Of a stretch of DNA of 64,000 nucleotides, positions 7,129-15,901 are shown in pieces. The translations under genes and the position numbers were made by a program. The notes beneath the pieces were generated by a model. The model ran no database searches and was not told the DNA's origin. It saw only the letters and a program-made list of their open reading frames with translations. Source of the DNA: a virus; the IMG/VR virus record IMGVR_UViG_3300023174_000080, positions 1 through 64,000 of that record. One strand, given 5' to 3'. Positions within the stretch are counted from its first letter, which is position 1. The number at the start of each line of letters is the position of its first letter.

Positions 7129-7357
7129 AGATCATTTATTAGTTCACTCTGTAGGCGATCTAGTATTAAGTAGAGATAAGGATAACAAAATAATATTAGG
7201 TTTTATAATAGGTAGTTTTGCTGGTTTTTCTGGTACCTATTACGAAGTAGAATGGTTACATGGAAGTGGATATATGTATTATGGTTATTACGACATAATC
7301 AAGATGAAAGGTGAATTATTAAAATTTAAAGAGGAAAAAGGGATTGAACGAACATAA
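7121..7357 (+). CDS. Small SH3/KOW-like protein
   Basis: HSVGDLV..ILGFII..YEVEW. Confidence 0.65.
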   Translation: MSKDHLLVHSVGDLVLSRDKDNKIILGFIIGSFAGFSGTYYEVEWLHGSGYMYYGYYDIIKMKGELLKFKEEKGIERT

Positions 7358-7580
7358 TGTAGGAGATTTATTACTATCTTATACATTTGAAGGAAAAGCA
7401 GTCTTAGGAGTTATAAGAAAAGAAGAGATTTCTCCTATTGACTTTACCCTGAACCTCTATGATATAATGTGGCTAGAAAAGGAAGAAGATATAATAGTTA
7501 GCGGATATTACACATATTCTACTGTGAAAAGTTTTAAAAAAAATCTTTTTGATTATCTATACAATTATGACAAAACATAA
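7344..7580 (+). CDS. Small SH3/KOW-like protein
   Basis: HNVGDLL..VLGVI..YDIMW. Confidence 0.65.
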   Translation: MNEHNVGDLLLSYTFEGKAVLGVIRKEEISPIDFTLNLYDIMWLEKEEDIIVSGYYTYSTVKSFKKNLFDYLYNYDKT

Positions 7581-7719
7581 AGATATATTAGAATTGACAT
7601 TTTACTATTTTATTGCTTTGCTGTTCATAGCTTTAGCAACATATTTTGCATTAACGATTCCTAATACAAAGCCGGAACCTAAGTATAAAAATACTCTACA
7701 ACGCGATATAAATCCATAA
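7567..7719 (+). CDS. Single-TM microprotein, 50 aa (not in ORF track)
   Basis: MTKHKDILELTFYYFIALLFIALATYFALTIPNTKPEPKYKNTLQRDINP; fills the gap before the SLT gene. Confidence 0.5.
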   Translation: MTKHKDILELTFYYFIALLFIALATYFALTIPNTKPEPKYKNTLQRDINP

Positions 7720-7722
7720 TTT

Positions 7723-8361
7723 ATGAGAAAATTATTACTTGCTATAGTTACCCTGATGTGTACTGCCGTCGCTCCTGCGCCAATTATGAAGCCTCTTGCA
7801 TGGGAACAACCGGGAAAACCGGGGCGGCAAAAATGGAGTGAACATACTTTCCAGAATATATATCGTAACTTCGATAAGCTCGATAAAGCGATAGATATAC
7901 AATATTTTTGTCCTGAGTACAACAATCTAAACCGTGACGAACGTGTTAATGCTTGGGCACAGCTTATAGCTGCTATAGCATGGTACGAAAGCGGTTGGAA
8001 CCCCCGTGCCCGTGCGTTACAGCCGTCTTTCGGCTATGACAAGATAACGGGTGAAACTGTTGTGGCAGAAGGATTATTTCAACTTGGATATATGGATTCG
8101 CTGTGGCGAGATTATTGCGATTTCGATTGGTATGGGGATAGAAATCTAAATGACGATGATTTAAACCGTACCATGATTAATCCGCGTAACCAAATACGGT
8201 GTACGGTTGGCATCCTAGCAGACCAAGTACAGCGCCATGGGCGCATAGTGATACCAAGTGGGGCGTACTGGTCTGTGCTCATGGAAGGGCATCGTAATCA
8301 ACGTATAGACGGTATACGGCGTATGGTGATGCGTATAAAGGGATGTCTTAACGAGGAGTAG
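7723..8361 (+). CDS. Secreted lytic transglycosylase (SLT/lysozyme-like)
   Basis: Signal peptide; IAWYESGWNP catalytic Glu motif; GLFQL; P..QIRC.V.IL. Confidence 0.75.
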   Translation: MRKLLLAIVTLMCTAVAPAPIMKPLAWEQPGKPGRQKWSEHTFQNIYRNFDKLDKAIDIQYFCPEYNNLNRDERVNAWAQLIAAIAWYESGWNPRARALQPSFGYDKITGETVVAEGLFQLGYMDSLWRDYCDFDWYGDRNLNDDDLNRTMINPRNQIRCTVGILADQVQRHGRIVIPSGAYWSVLMEGHRNQRIDGIRRMVMRIKGCLNEE

Positions 8362-8370
8362 ATTAATTTT

Positions 8371-8393
8371 AGCGCGGCGTTGCCGCGCTTTTT
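8371..8393 (+). terminator. Intrinsic terminator
   Basis: AGCGCGGC-GTT-GCCGCGCT followed by T run. Confidence 0.75.
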
Positions 8394-8425
8394 ATTTGTA
8401 TTTAAATATGTGGTAGTATATTGTC

Positions 8426-8746
8426 ATGGATAAAATAAAAATATTTTTAGTTGGTTCTGCATTGGTTAGTAATGGCATTTTTGCATGTTTTTTATCGCGT
8501 GCTATCCAAAATGGAAGTATGCCTTGGTGGGCATCCTATTTAACGAGTTTTATAAGCGCTTCTATCTTTGCTTATCAACTTAGAGCAAAGCTGTTACCTC
8601 TAACTCTTATGTCTGTATTCCAAACTTTCTTTTTTCATGCTGCTTGGTATGGAACAGCGTTATTTATATTAGGAAACGAATTAAAAGGTATTAAAATTGT
8701 TGGTTTGTTGTTTGCTTTTGTAGGTATGATAATGATGAGTTTATAA
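8426..8746 (+). CDS. Small 4-TM membrane protein (SMR/EamA-like)
   Basis: Four hydrophobic segments; ends in ILGNEL...GLLFAFVG. Confidence 0.6.
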   Translation: MDKIKIFLVGSALVSNGIFACFLSRAIQNGSMPWWASYLTSFISASIFAYQLRAKLLPLTLMSVFQTFFFHAAWYGTALFILGNELKGIKIVGLLFAFVGMIMMSL

Positions 8747-8757
8747 GGAAAATATAT

Positions 8758-9009
8758 ATGGCTAATTTAACACAATCACAAGTAGATGGTGCAAAAAATT
8801 TATCTTGCGAATCATGCGGCAATGAAGTAATGAAACAAGCATTTGTTATAAAGACAATTTCTGGATTATTAACTGGGGAAAGTAAAGATACCTTGATTCC
8901 AGTTCCAGTTTTTGCATGCAATTCTTGTAATCACATTAATAAAATGTTTTCTGAGGATTTAAAAATAAAAAATATTTCTGATGAAGAAATTCTACACGTT
9001 CCAGTGTAA
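8758..9009 (+). CDS. Zinc-ribbon protein
   Basis: CESC...CNSC; IPVPVFAC motif. Confidence 0.65.
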   Translation: MANLTQSQVDGAKNLSCESCGNEVMKQAFVIKTISGLLTGESKDTLIPVPVFACNSCNHINKMFSEDLKIKNISDEEILHVPV

Positions 9010-9077
9010 TCTCCACTGTTGACGTTGAGGTAAGCTAGATGTATGATGACGATACTTCTTATGAGGTGTTAAATAAC

Positions 9078-9599
9078 ATGAAAGTACTTACTCTGGCTTC
9101 TAACTATGAGCCGCTTGGTGTTGTATCTTGGGAGCGAGCTATATCTCTTATTTTTTCTAATAAAGTAACTACTTTAGAAGAATATGAAAATATTATTCGT
9201 TCACCATCTGTTACAATGAAAATACCAGCGGTTATTGTATTTAAAAATAATAAACGTGGTAAACAGAAAAATTCTGTACGTTTTTCTAGAAAGAATGTTT
9301 GGATTCGTGACGAAGGAAAGTGTCAATATTGTCAAAGATATGTTTCAATAGCGACATTTACTATTGATCACGTTAATCCAAAGACAGCTGGTGGGAAAAC
9401 TGTTTGGGAAAATGTTGTTACGTGTTGTTATGATTGTAACCAAGAAAAAGGCGATAAACAGTTAAAAGATGTAAATTTTAAACTAATTAAATTGCCAAAA
9501 AAACCAAATAGACTTCCATATATTCAAGAAATTACTGATGGTCATTATAATTTAGAAAAAAATATACCACAATCTTGGAAATTCTATTTAGAAAGATAA
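9078..9599 (+). CDS. HNH endonuclease (McrA/HNH_5-like)
   Basis: VLTLASNYEPL N-term; CQYC..TIDHV.P..GG..WENVVTCC..CN..KG; GAGGTG SD supports ATG 9078. Confidence 0.88.
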   Translation: MKVLTLASNYEPLGVVSWERAISLIFSNKVTTLEEYENIIRSPSVTMKIPAVIVFKNNKRGKQKNSVRFSRKNVWIRDEGKCQYCQRYVSIATFTIDHVNPKTAGGKTVWENVVTCCYDCNQEKGDKQLKDVNFKLIKLPKKPNRLPYIQEITDGHYNLEKNIPQSWKFYLER

Positions 9600-9602
9600 T
9601 GA

Positions 9603-10214
9603 ATGTATATAACAGCTATAGACACTGAAACAACCGGATTGGATTTGCGAAAGCATCAAATAATTCAACTAGGTGCAATAAAATATGAATTAGAAGATTG
9701 CGGTGATTTAAGAGTATTAGAAAAATATCAATATAATATAAAACCAACTAATATTAAAGCAGCATCACCTGAAGCTTTAAAAATTAATGGTTATACAGAA
9801 GCTGCATGGGAAAATTCTGTACCATTTATTGATTGCTTTCCATTATTAGATAATGTATTCAAAACCTCTGATGCGCTAATAGGACAAAATCTTATTTTTG
9901 ATTTACGTTTTATTAAAAAAGAATATTGGCGTTATGGTCTTATTATGCCAAAAGTTCCAAAATATATTGATACAAAATACATGGGACAACAACTAGTAAA
10001 TGAAGGAAAGATAAAGTCTTGCTCAATGGATAACATGTGCAAACATTTTAGTATTAAATTCAACGGTAGAGCACACACTGCTTTAACTGACTGTGAGCGC
10101 ACTGTTACAGTGTGGGAACGTCTAAACAAATATACAGAAACCCGTTATTTTACTTTCGAGGAGCCATATGATGCATTCAAAAAAAACCATCCAAATGCCA
10201 GAAACGTTATCTAA
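9603..10214 (+). CDS. DEDDh 3'-5' exonuclease (DnaQ/RNase T-like)
   Basis: IDTETTG, GQNLIFD, HTALTD motifs. Confidence 0.9.
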   Translation: MYITAIDTETTGLDLRKHQIIQLGAIKYELEDCGDLRVLEKYQYNIKPTNIKAASPEALKINGYTEAAWENSVPFIDCFPLLDNVFKTSDALIGQNLIFDLRFIKKEYWRYGLIMPKVPKYIDTKYMGQQLVNEGKIKSCSMDNMCKHFSIKFNGRAHTALTDCERTVTVWERLNKYTETRYFTFEEPYDAFKKNHPNARNVI

Positions 10215-10371
10215 CAAAGACATAACTAGTATAATATATGTTTTTAAATCTATGTCCGTAGCAGCTAAACATGATTTTTTATCTTCTTTAATTATACAAC
10301 ATCCAGAGCATTATAAGAAAATTAGAAAAGCGCTCGGTAAGGAACACAATAATTCTATAGGTTTGGCATAA
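10195..10371 (+). CDS. Hypothetical protein
   Basis: ORF overlapping previous stop; start uncertain. Confidence 0.5.
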   Translation: MPETLSNKDITSIIYVFKSMSVAAKHDFLSSLIIQHPEHYKKIRKALGKEHNNSIGLA

Positions 10372-10402
10372 CACGATACTAAATATAGTAAGAGCGTTTG
10401 GT

Positions 10403-10591
10403 GTGCTCTTGAGGGAAAAAATTGTGTCTATACCAGCTTATATTATAAATAATAAAAGAGAAGAAAAAAGAAAAGAAATACAATTAGAAATTCCCGATTA
10501 TTCACAACAATATTACGATTATTTAGAAAAAAAACAAGAAAAAGAACAAAATAATAAACCAGAAACCGTAATTCACATTCAAATATACTAA
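10403..10591 (+). CDS. Hypothetical protein
   Basis: ORF; start uncertain. Confidence 0.55.
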   Translation: MLLREKIVSIPAYIINNKREEKRKEIQLEIPDYSQQYYDYLEKKQEKEQNNKPETVIHIQIY

Positions 10592-10618
10592 TTAATTTAA
10601 GAATTTTAAAGCTTTAAG

Positions 10619-10652
10619 AACTACTTATGTCATAGCGCATAAGTAGTTTTTT
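10619..10652 (+). terminator. Hairpin plus T tract overlapping an ACTACTTA motif
   Basis: AACTACTTATG/CATAAGTAGTT inverted repeat then TTTT. Confidence 0.55.
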
Positions 10653-10660
10653 TATTTCCA

Positions 10661-11839
10661 ATGAATGAATTGTTATTAGAAAATATAAGTCACGAAGACT
10701 TAAAAAAGTATCTATTAGAGTTTTATAGTTATGCTAAAAGCAAATTAACTATAGAACGCTCTCCTAAACTATTTTTTCAAAAAAATCAAAAAAATGCAGA
10801 TAATTTATTTGGAAAAACAGGTTACTATAATCCAGAGAAAGAAGAAATTCATTTATTTATAACCGATAGGCACGCTAAAGATGTTATTAGATCTTTTGCT
10901 CATGAATTGATACATCATATGCAAAAATTAAATGGATTTAATGATGAAATAGATTTATCAAAAATAGGAACAGATCCAGCCTATGCTACAAATGATCCAA
11001 TGTTACGAAAAATGGAAGAACAGGCATTTTTAGAAGGCAACATGCTATTCCGTGATTGGACGGATATGAAAAAAGTTGAAATGAAAAATATATTAAATGA
11101 AAGAAAATTAAAACCATCAGAAAAAGAAAAGTTAATTGGCTTAGAAAAAGATATATCTAAAAAATCTTTTACTAAGAAATATGGTAAGAAAAAAGGTAAA
11201 CAAGTATATTATGCCACATTAACAAAAATGGCAAAAAAGAAAAAGAAGTCTAAAACAATGAAAGAGGAAAATACTATGAAACTAAGAGTAAATTCAAAGC
11301 ATATGGAAGAAGAAGGAAAGATGGAAGAAGCATTACCTTCTAAAATGGAACCACCAAAAAAGAAATCTAAAATAGATGATATATTACATGATTTAGAAGG
11401 TGAGCGTGATGAATTACAAAATGAACCCGGAGCTGGCGATATAGGAGGACGCCTAGAAAAATCCAGTCTAGCATCAGGAGAAGTTGGTAAGTCAGGCGAA
11501 GCCGGTGGCATTGCAGGATTTTTAAATTTAGAAAAGATGATTGATGACAAATTTAAAGATATGGATGATGCACAACGAGTTAGATTTGCTGAATTTTTAG
11601 CTAAAAAAGCAGCTAAAGCTAAAGAAGAAGCTAGAATGCAAGCAAAATTAGATTCTGGAAAGGCAATCAAAGATCCATTCACTGGCGAAATAATTGGTCC
11701 CAAGGGTCAACTACCAGAATCTAAAAATACTCCATACCCAGTTCTTTTTGAGCAACGTGAACGTTTATTAAAAGAAGCCTATCAAACACGCGAAGAACGT
11801 GTTTATAATGAATTAGTTCGTCGTTTTCTTAAAAAATAA
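10661..11839 (+). CDS. Protein with HExxH metallopeptidase-like N-domain and charged tail
   Basis: RSFAHELIHHMQ...EEQAF. Confidence 0.65.
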   Translation: MNELLLENISHEDLKKYLLEFYSYAKSKLTIERSPKLFFQKNQKNADNLFGKTGYYNPEKEEIHLFITDRHAKDVIRSFAHELIHHMQKLNGFNDEIDLSKIGTDPAYATNDPMLRKMEEQAFLEGNMLFRDWTDMKKVEMKNILNERKLKPSEKEKLIGLEKDISKKSFTKKYGKKKGKQVYYATLTKMAKKKKKSKTMKEENTMKLRVNSKHMEEEGKMEEALPSKMEPPKKKSKIDDILHDLEGERDELQNEPGAGDIGGRLEKSSLASGEVGKSGEAGGIAGFLNLEKMIDDKFKDMDDAQRVRFAEFLAKKAAKAKEEARMQAKLDSGKAIKDPFTGEIIGPKGQLPESKNTPYPVLFEQRERLLKEAYQTREERVYNELVRRFLKK

Positions 11840-12003
11840 TGCCTAGAGATTTTACAATACCATTTGATCAATCAAGATTAAGTGGTTCTGTTAGTGGGAA
11901 CACCGTTAATATTCCTGTTATACAACAGGTTAACGGTGTTCCTTCGTTAAAAAATACTGGTTATCCATATACAATAGTCACTGGCGATATTACATTAGAG
12001 TAA
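11839..12003 (+). CDS. Hypothetical 54-aa protein (not in ORF track)
   Basis: MPRDFTIPFDQSRLSGSVSG...; TAATG overlap with upstream stop. Confidence 0.5.
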   Translation: MPRDFTIPFDQSRLSGSVSGNTVNIPVIQQVNGVPSLKNTGYPYTIVTGDITLE

Positions 12004-12009
12004 AAAAAT

Positions 12010-13425
12010 ATGCTAGAAATTTTAACAGAATCAAATATTAAATATCTTTATGAACGTGGTGATTTATCTTTTGGAAAACTAAAAGAAAAACTTGTTAATT
12101 CATCAAAATTAATTAAATTAAAAAAGAAAGATAAGAAATTAACTGATCCAAAAACCGGCAAAGGTCTTTTACTATCTTTTTCTGTTAAAGAAGGAAAATT
12201 AAAATTAGCAATTAATCAGTCAGAAGCAAAATCTGGTGGATACGATGTAAAGAAAACTTGTGAATCTTATGGAGATTTAAAAGAATCTGCTATGAGATCT
12301 CTTTCAATGTTTGAAAATAAAATTCACAATTTATCTTTAGAGGAACAAATAAGTTTATTTGGCGAAAGTACAAATAAATTTTATAAAATTAAATTAACTA
12401 ATTTTACTTCTGAAGGTGTTAAGAATTACGATTCTCGTCATATGCTTGTAGAAAAAGATGGTACCTATAATAATGGTCCATCGGTTATGGAAGAAATATC
12501 ACAGCAAACTACAAAGTTTGAAAATTTAATAAATGAATGGCAGCAAAGCATTAATCTTGAAGAATACAGTATGCACGGTAAAGCCGTTAAGAGATTAAAC
12601 GAATGTTATAATGGAGAATATGGTAATAACGCTGTAAATAAATTAAATTCAAATTTATCTTCCGTTAATTCTCTTATAGGTAATAATAAATTATCTCTTG
12701 GCGATGATTCGCAAATTAACGATTATATGCTTGCAAGAGTATATGTTTTGTTAAATGGTATGCTAGATTCTCCTAAAGGAGATCGTTTTGATCCCGTAAC
12801 AAAGATGAATATAGCTAAAAAGCTTTTAGGAGTCGGTGGGATTAGTGTACCGGATTTGATGCGTAAAGTACCAGAAGAAAAGAAAATATTTGTAAAAGAA
12901 AATATTTTAAATAATGATTCTAAAAAAGAAATTTTGTCTAATGCAATAAAGCCAATAGAAAACATAGTTTTTGATTTTATTGGCGATAATTTAAATTCTG
13001 CAAAGGCATTATTATTTTTACAAGATTCACCAGATTCAAGAAGAATGATTAAACAAATAGATCAAAATCTAAACTTAATGAAAACTGGCGGTAATATAAA
13101 TACCTATAGAAACACTCTTCGCGGATTAAAAAACTTAGATAGGCATTTAAAAAATAATAATACTTTTGCTTTTGATTATGATGGTATGACTTATGAACCA
13201 GAATATGAAAATGGTCCAGTGAATCAAATGTTAGAAATGTTAAAATTTGTAGAAAATAATGATAAAATTAATAATGAAGATAATAAAAATGTTTTAGAAA
13301 TTAAAGATATATATAATATTGTAAAAGAAATGTCATCTGCTGGTGCTGGTAGCGTAAGTTTTGGTGTTATGCCAAAAACAAATATACTAAGGAAGAAAAG
13401 AAAATGGAACAAATCGAAGAATTAA
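12010..13425 (+). CDS. Hypothetical phage protein
   Basis: 471-aa ORF. Confidence 0.7.
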   Translation: MLEILTESNIKYLYERGDLSFGKLKEKLVNSSKLIKLKKKDKKLTDPKTGKGLLLSFSVKEGKLKLAINQSEAKSGGYDVKKTCESYGDLKESAMRSLSMFENKIHNLSLEEQISLFGESTNKFYKIKLTNFTSEGVKNYDSRHMLVEKDGTYNNGPSVMEEISQQTTKFENLINEWQQSINLEEYSMHGKAVKRLNECYNGEYGNNAVNKLNSNLSSVNSLIGNNKLSLGDDSQINDYMLARVYVLLNGMLDSPKGDRFDPVTKMNIAKKLLGVGGISVPDLMRKVPEEKKIFVKENILNNDSKKEILSNAIKPIENIVFDFIGDNLNSAKALLFLQDSPDSRRMIKQIDQNLNLMKTGGNINTYRNTLRGLKNLDRHLKNNNTFAFDYDGMTYEPEYENGPVNQMLEMLKFVENNDKINNEDNKNVLEIKDIYNIVKEMSSAGAGSVSFGVMPKTNILRKKRKWNKSKN

Positions 13426-14303
13426 GAAATTATATTAAAACAGTTTTACGAAAGATAAAACGCGACCAGCAAGAATCTGTTAAAACAGAATTAAAAGAAG
13501 ATCGTAATTTACGTAAATTAGTTCGTAAAATGTTACGAGAAGTAAAAGAAACTTCTCCACATGAATTAACTGGTATCAACGTATTAGAAAAATTACTAGG
13601 AAATATCATGCCTGTAATTGAAACAGGATATAAGAGTTTAACTACCGATAAAGCACAAAGAGAATCATATGCTGCACATGTTTTAAGTGCAGTTAAAAAT
13701 TTATTAGCTATCCCATCAATGTATTTTAATATTGATAAAAGTAATAAATTGGATGCTAATACTACGCAACCACAAGAAAAACCAGAAACAGCACAAATGA
13801 AAGCTTCTGTAGGTGTTGAATCGGCACCAGAGACTGAACAACCAGAAGAAGAATTACAAGAAGCTGAAGAAGAAGAAAAAGAAGACATAGATCCAAAAGA
13901 TATTCCTGATGAAGAAAAGTTTATAGATATTAATAAAGACAAAAAACAAGAAGAACCACAACAACAAGAAAAAGATCCAATGTCAGCTTTTCAAGATATA
14001 GAAGGCGAAGATCACACTGGTCGTTCATTTGCCTTAGAAACTTTTAAAAAAGTTCAAAAACAAATTCTTGAATCATATGGAATTTTATCAAACGATAAAG
14101 ATAGAGAAGTTTTTGAAGAATATTTAATTACAAATATCAGGATGTATTTAGATGGTTTTGAAAAGGAACTTTCTGATAATCCTCCAAAGCCAACCACTCC
14201 TTCATATGAAGCTGAAAAACAAAAACAGAATGCAAATCTAGAAACCGCTCAAGCTCCACAGCCAGCAGCCGGTACACCACCAGCAACAGAGCAACCAGCG
14301 TAA
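13404..14303 (+). CDS. Hypothetical acidic phage protein (possible head-associated)
   Basis: 299-aa ORF; LRKLVRKMLRE motif; E-rich linker. Confidence 0.7.
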   Translation: MEQIEELRNYIKTVLRKIKRDQQESVKTELKEDRNLRKLVRKMLREVKETSPHELTGINVLEKLLGNIMPVIETGYKSLTTDKAQRESYAAHVLSAVKNLLAIPSMYFNIDKSNKLDANTTQPQEKPETAQMKASVGVESAPETEQPEEELQEAEEEEKEDIDPKDIPDEEKFIDINKDKKQEEPQQQEKDPMSAFQDIEGEDHTGRSFALETFKKVQKQILESYGILSNDKDREVFEEYLITNIRMYLDGFEKELSDNPPKPTTPSYEAEKQKQNANLETAQAPQPAAGTPPATEQPA

Positions 14304-14373
14304 AAAAGATCATTAACATACGAACAGCATAGTCTGACGTAAATTTCTTGTTAAACCACAAAGGAAAACACTT

Positions 14374-14649
14374 ATGAATCCAATGAAAAGAAAAAAACTT
14401 CATCGAGCAGGAATGCTTGAGCAAAAACAAATATTAGAAAATGCTCTTATTAAAGAAAATTTAAAAGACAATTCTTTATCCTTGGTTGATTCTAACAAGC
14501 CAGCAGAAACAACCAATGAAGTATTACAGTTATCTACTTCTAAATCTGAAACTCTTGTTAAATTAACAGAACAAGTATCTGATGAATTAGTATTAGATAG
14601 TAAGAAAGAAAAAGAAAAGAAAAAGAAAACCTCTTCACAAGATATATAG
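14374..14649 (+). CDS. Hypothetical protein
   Basis: ORF with AAGGA SD. Confidence 0.55.
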   Translation: MNPMKRKKLHRAGMLEQKQILENALIKENLKDNSLSLVDSNKPAETTNEVLQLSTSKSETLVKLTEQVSDELVLDSKKEKEKKKKTSSQDI

Positions 14650-14667
14650 TCGTGTTATAGTAGAGTA

Positions 14668-14961
14668 ATGACTAATAAAACATACAAACAAATTGGTGAA
14701 GAAATTGGTAATTTAGTAGATGAAAAAAATGCAGTATATGGAAGTTCATTTGCTGAATGTCATAAAATCTTGAGCGTCTTATATCCTAATGGTATCCAAC
14801 CAGAACAATATACAGACGCTCTTGCTATTATAAGAGTAATAGATAAGTTATTTAGAATAGCTAATAAAAAAGATGCTTTTGGTGAATCACCATGGAAAGA
14901 TATTGCCGGTTACGCAATATTAGGTATTGCTAATGACGACTCTAAGAAGCCATCTAGGTAA
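14668..14961 (+). CDS. DUF1599/nucleotide-modification-associated all-alpha domain protein
   Basis: KNAVYGSSF...RVIDKLFRI...W.DIAGYAIL pattern. Confidence 0.7.
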   Translation: MTNKTYKQIGEEIGNLVDEKNAVYGSSFAECHKILSVLYPNGIQPEQYTDALAIIRVIDKLFRIANKKDAFGESPWKDIAGYAILGIANDDSKKPSR

Positions 14962-15352
14962 AATACAAGAATATAAAAATAATACTTGTAAAGATTATTC
15001 AGTAATTAAAGTTCTTCGTGAACAAAAAAAAAGTAATGATTATTTTGAAATAATGCTAAATAATCTTACTTTAGAAGAGATTATAGCATTAAAATTAGAA
15101 TTAACTTATAAAAGTATTGGCGTTGCTTTATATGGTTTTCCAATATGGAACTCAACTGTTTTTATAGTAAGAGATGCAATTTTAAAATATGCCTTATCAA
15201 TATCATCTAGTAAATCTATGGCAGCAAGATATTTAGGTGTAAGAATAAATATAATATCTAATCTTTTAAAGAAATATAATGTTGAAGAATTCTTTAAAAG
15301 ACATAAAAAATTAAAGGAAAAAACAGATGATAATAACAGAACAACAGCTTAA
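14933..15352 (+). CDS. Fis-type HTH DNA-binding protein
   Basis: C-terminal ILKYALS..SSKSMAARYLGV...LLKKYNV resembles the Fis/bEBP HTH_8. Confidence 0.6.
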   Translation: MTTLRSHLGKIQEYKNNTCKDYSVIKVLREQKKSNDYFEIMLNNLTLEEIIALKLELTYKSIGVALYGFPIWNSTVFIVRDAILKYALSISSSKSMAARYLGVRINIISNLLKKYNVEEFFKRHKKLKEKTDDNNRTTA

Positions 15353-15899
15353 AAAAATATATCCTAACATAAAACAAGATAAATTACAATTATATGTTAA
15401 AGCTTTTAATAATGTTTTTCCTACCTATGGTATCAATACCGCTAGACGCATTGCTGCATTTCTTGGACAAGTCGGCGTTGAAAGCGGAGAACTCAAATAC
15501 GACAAAGAGCTAGCTTCTAAATATAATAAAAAAGATATTGGTAATAGATTTGAACCAATTGGAACATTATATGAAGGAAGAAAAAATTTAGGTAATACAC
15601 AAGCTGGCGATGGTCCTAAGTTTATTGGTCGTGGTATTCTTCAATTAACAGGTAGAGCTAACTATGAAAATATGTCTAAAATATTAGGAATTGATTTAGT
15701 TAATAATCCTGAATTAGCATGTGATCCAGAAGTTAGTACTAAAATTGCTTGTGAATATTTTAAAAAACGTGGATTATTAGAATTAGCTGATGAATGGAAT
15801 TTAGATGAAATAACACGTAGGGTTAATGGTAATGCTAAATTACATCACAATATAAGAGTTAAATATAGTGAAGCTGCATTAAAAATATTAGATAAATAG
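15327..15899 (+). CDS. Glycoside hydrolase family 19 endolysin
   Basis: AAFLGQ..VES, LGNTQAGDG.KFIGRGILQLTGRANY, ITRRVNG motifs. Confidence 0.9.
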   Translation: MIITEQQLKKIYPNIKQDKLQLYVKAFNNVFPTYGINTARRIAAFLGQVGVESGELKYDKELASKYNKKDIGNRFEPIGTLYEGRKNLGNTQAGDGPKFIGRGILQLTGRANYENMSKILGIDLVNNPELACDPEVSTKIACEYFKKRGLLELADEWNLDEITRRVNGNAKLHHNIRVKYSEAALKILDK

Positions 15900-15901
15900 T
15901 T

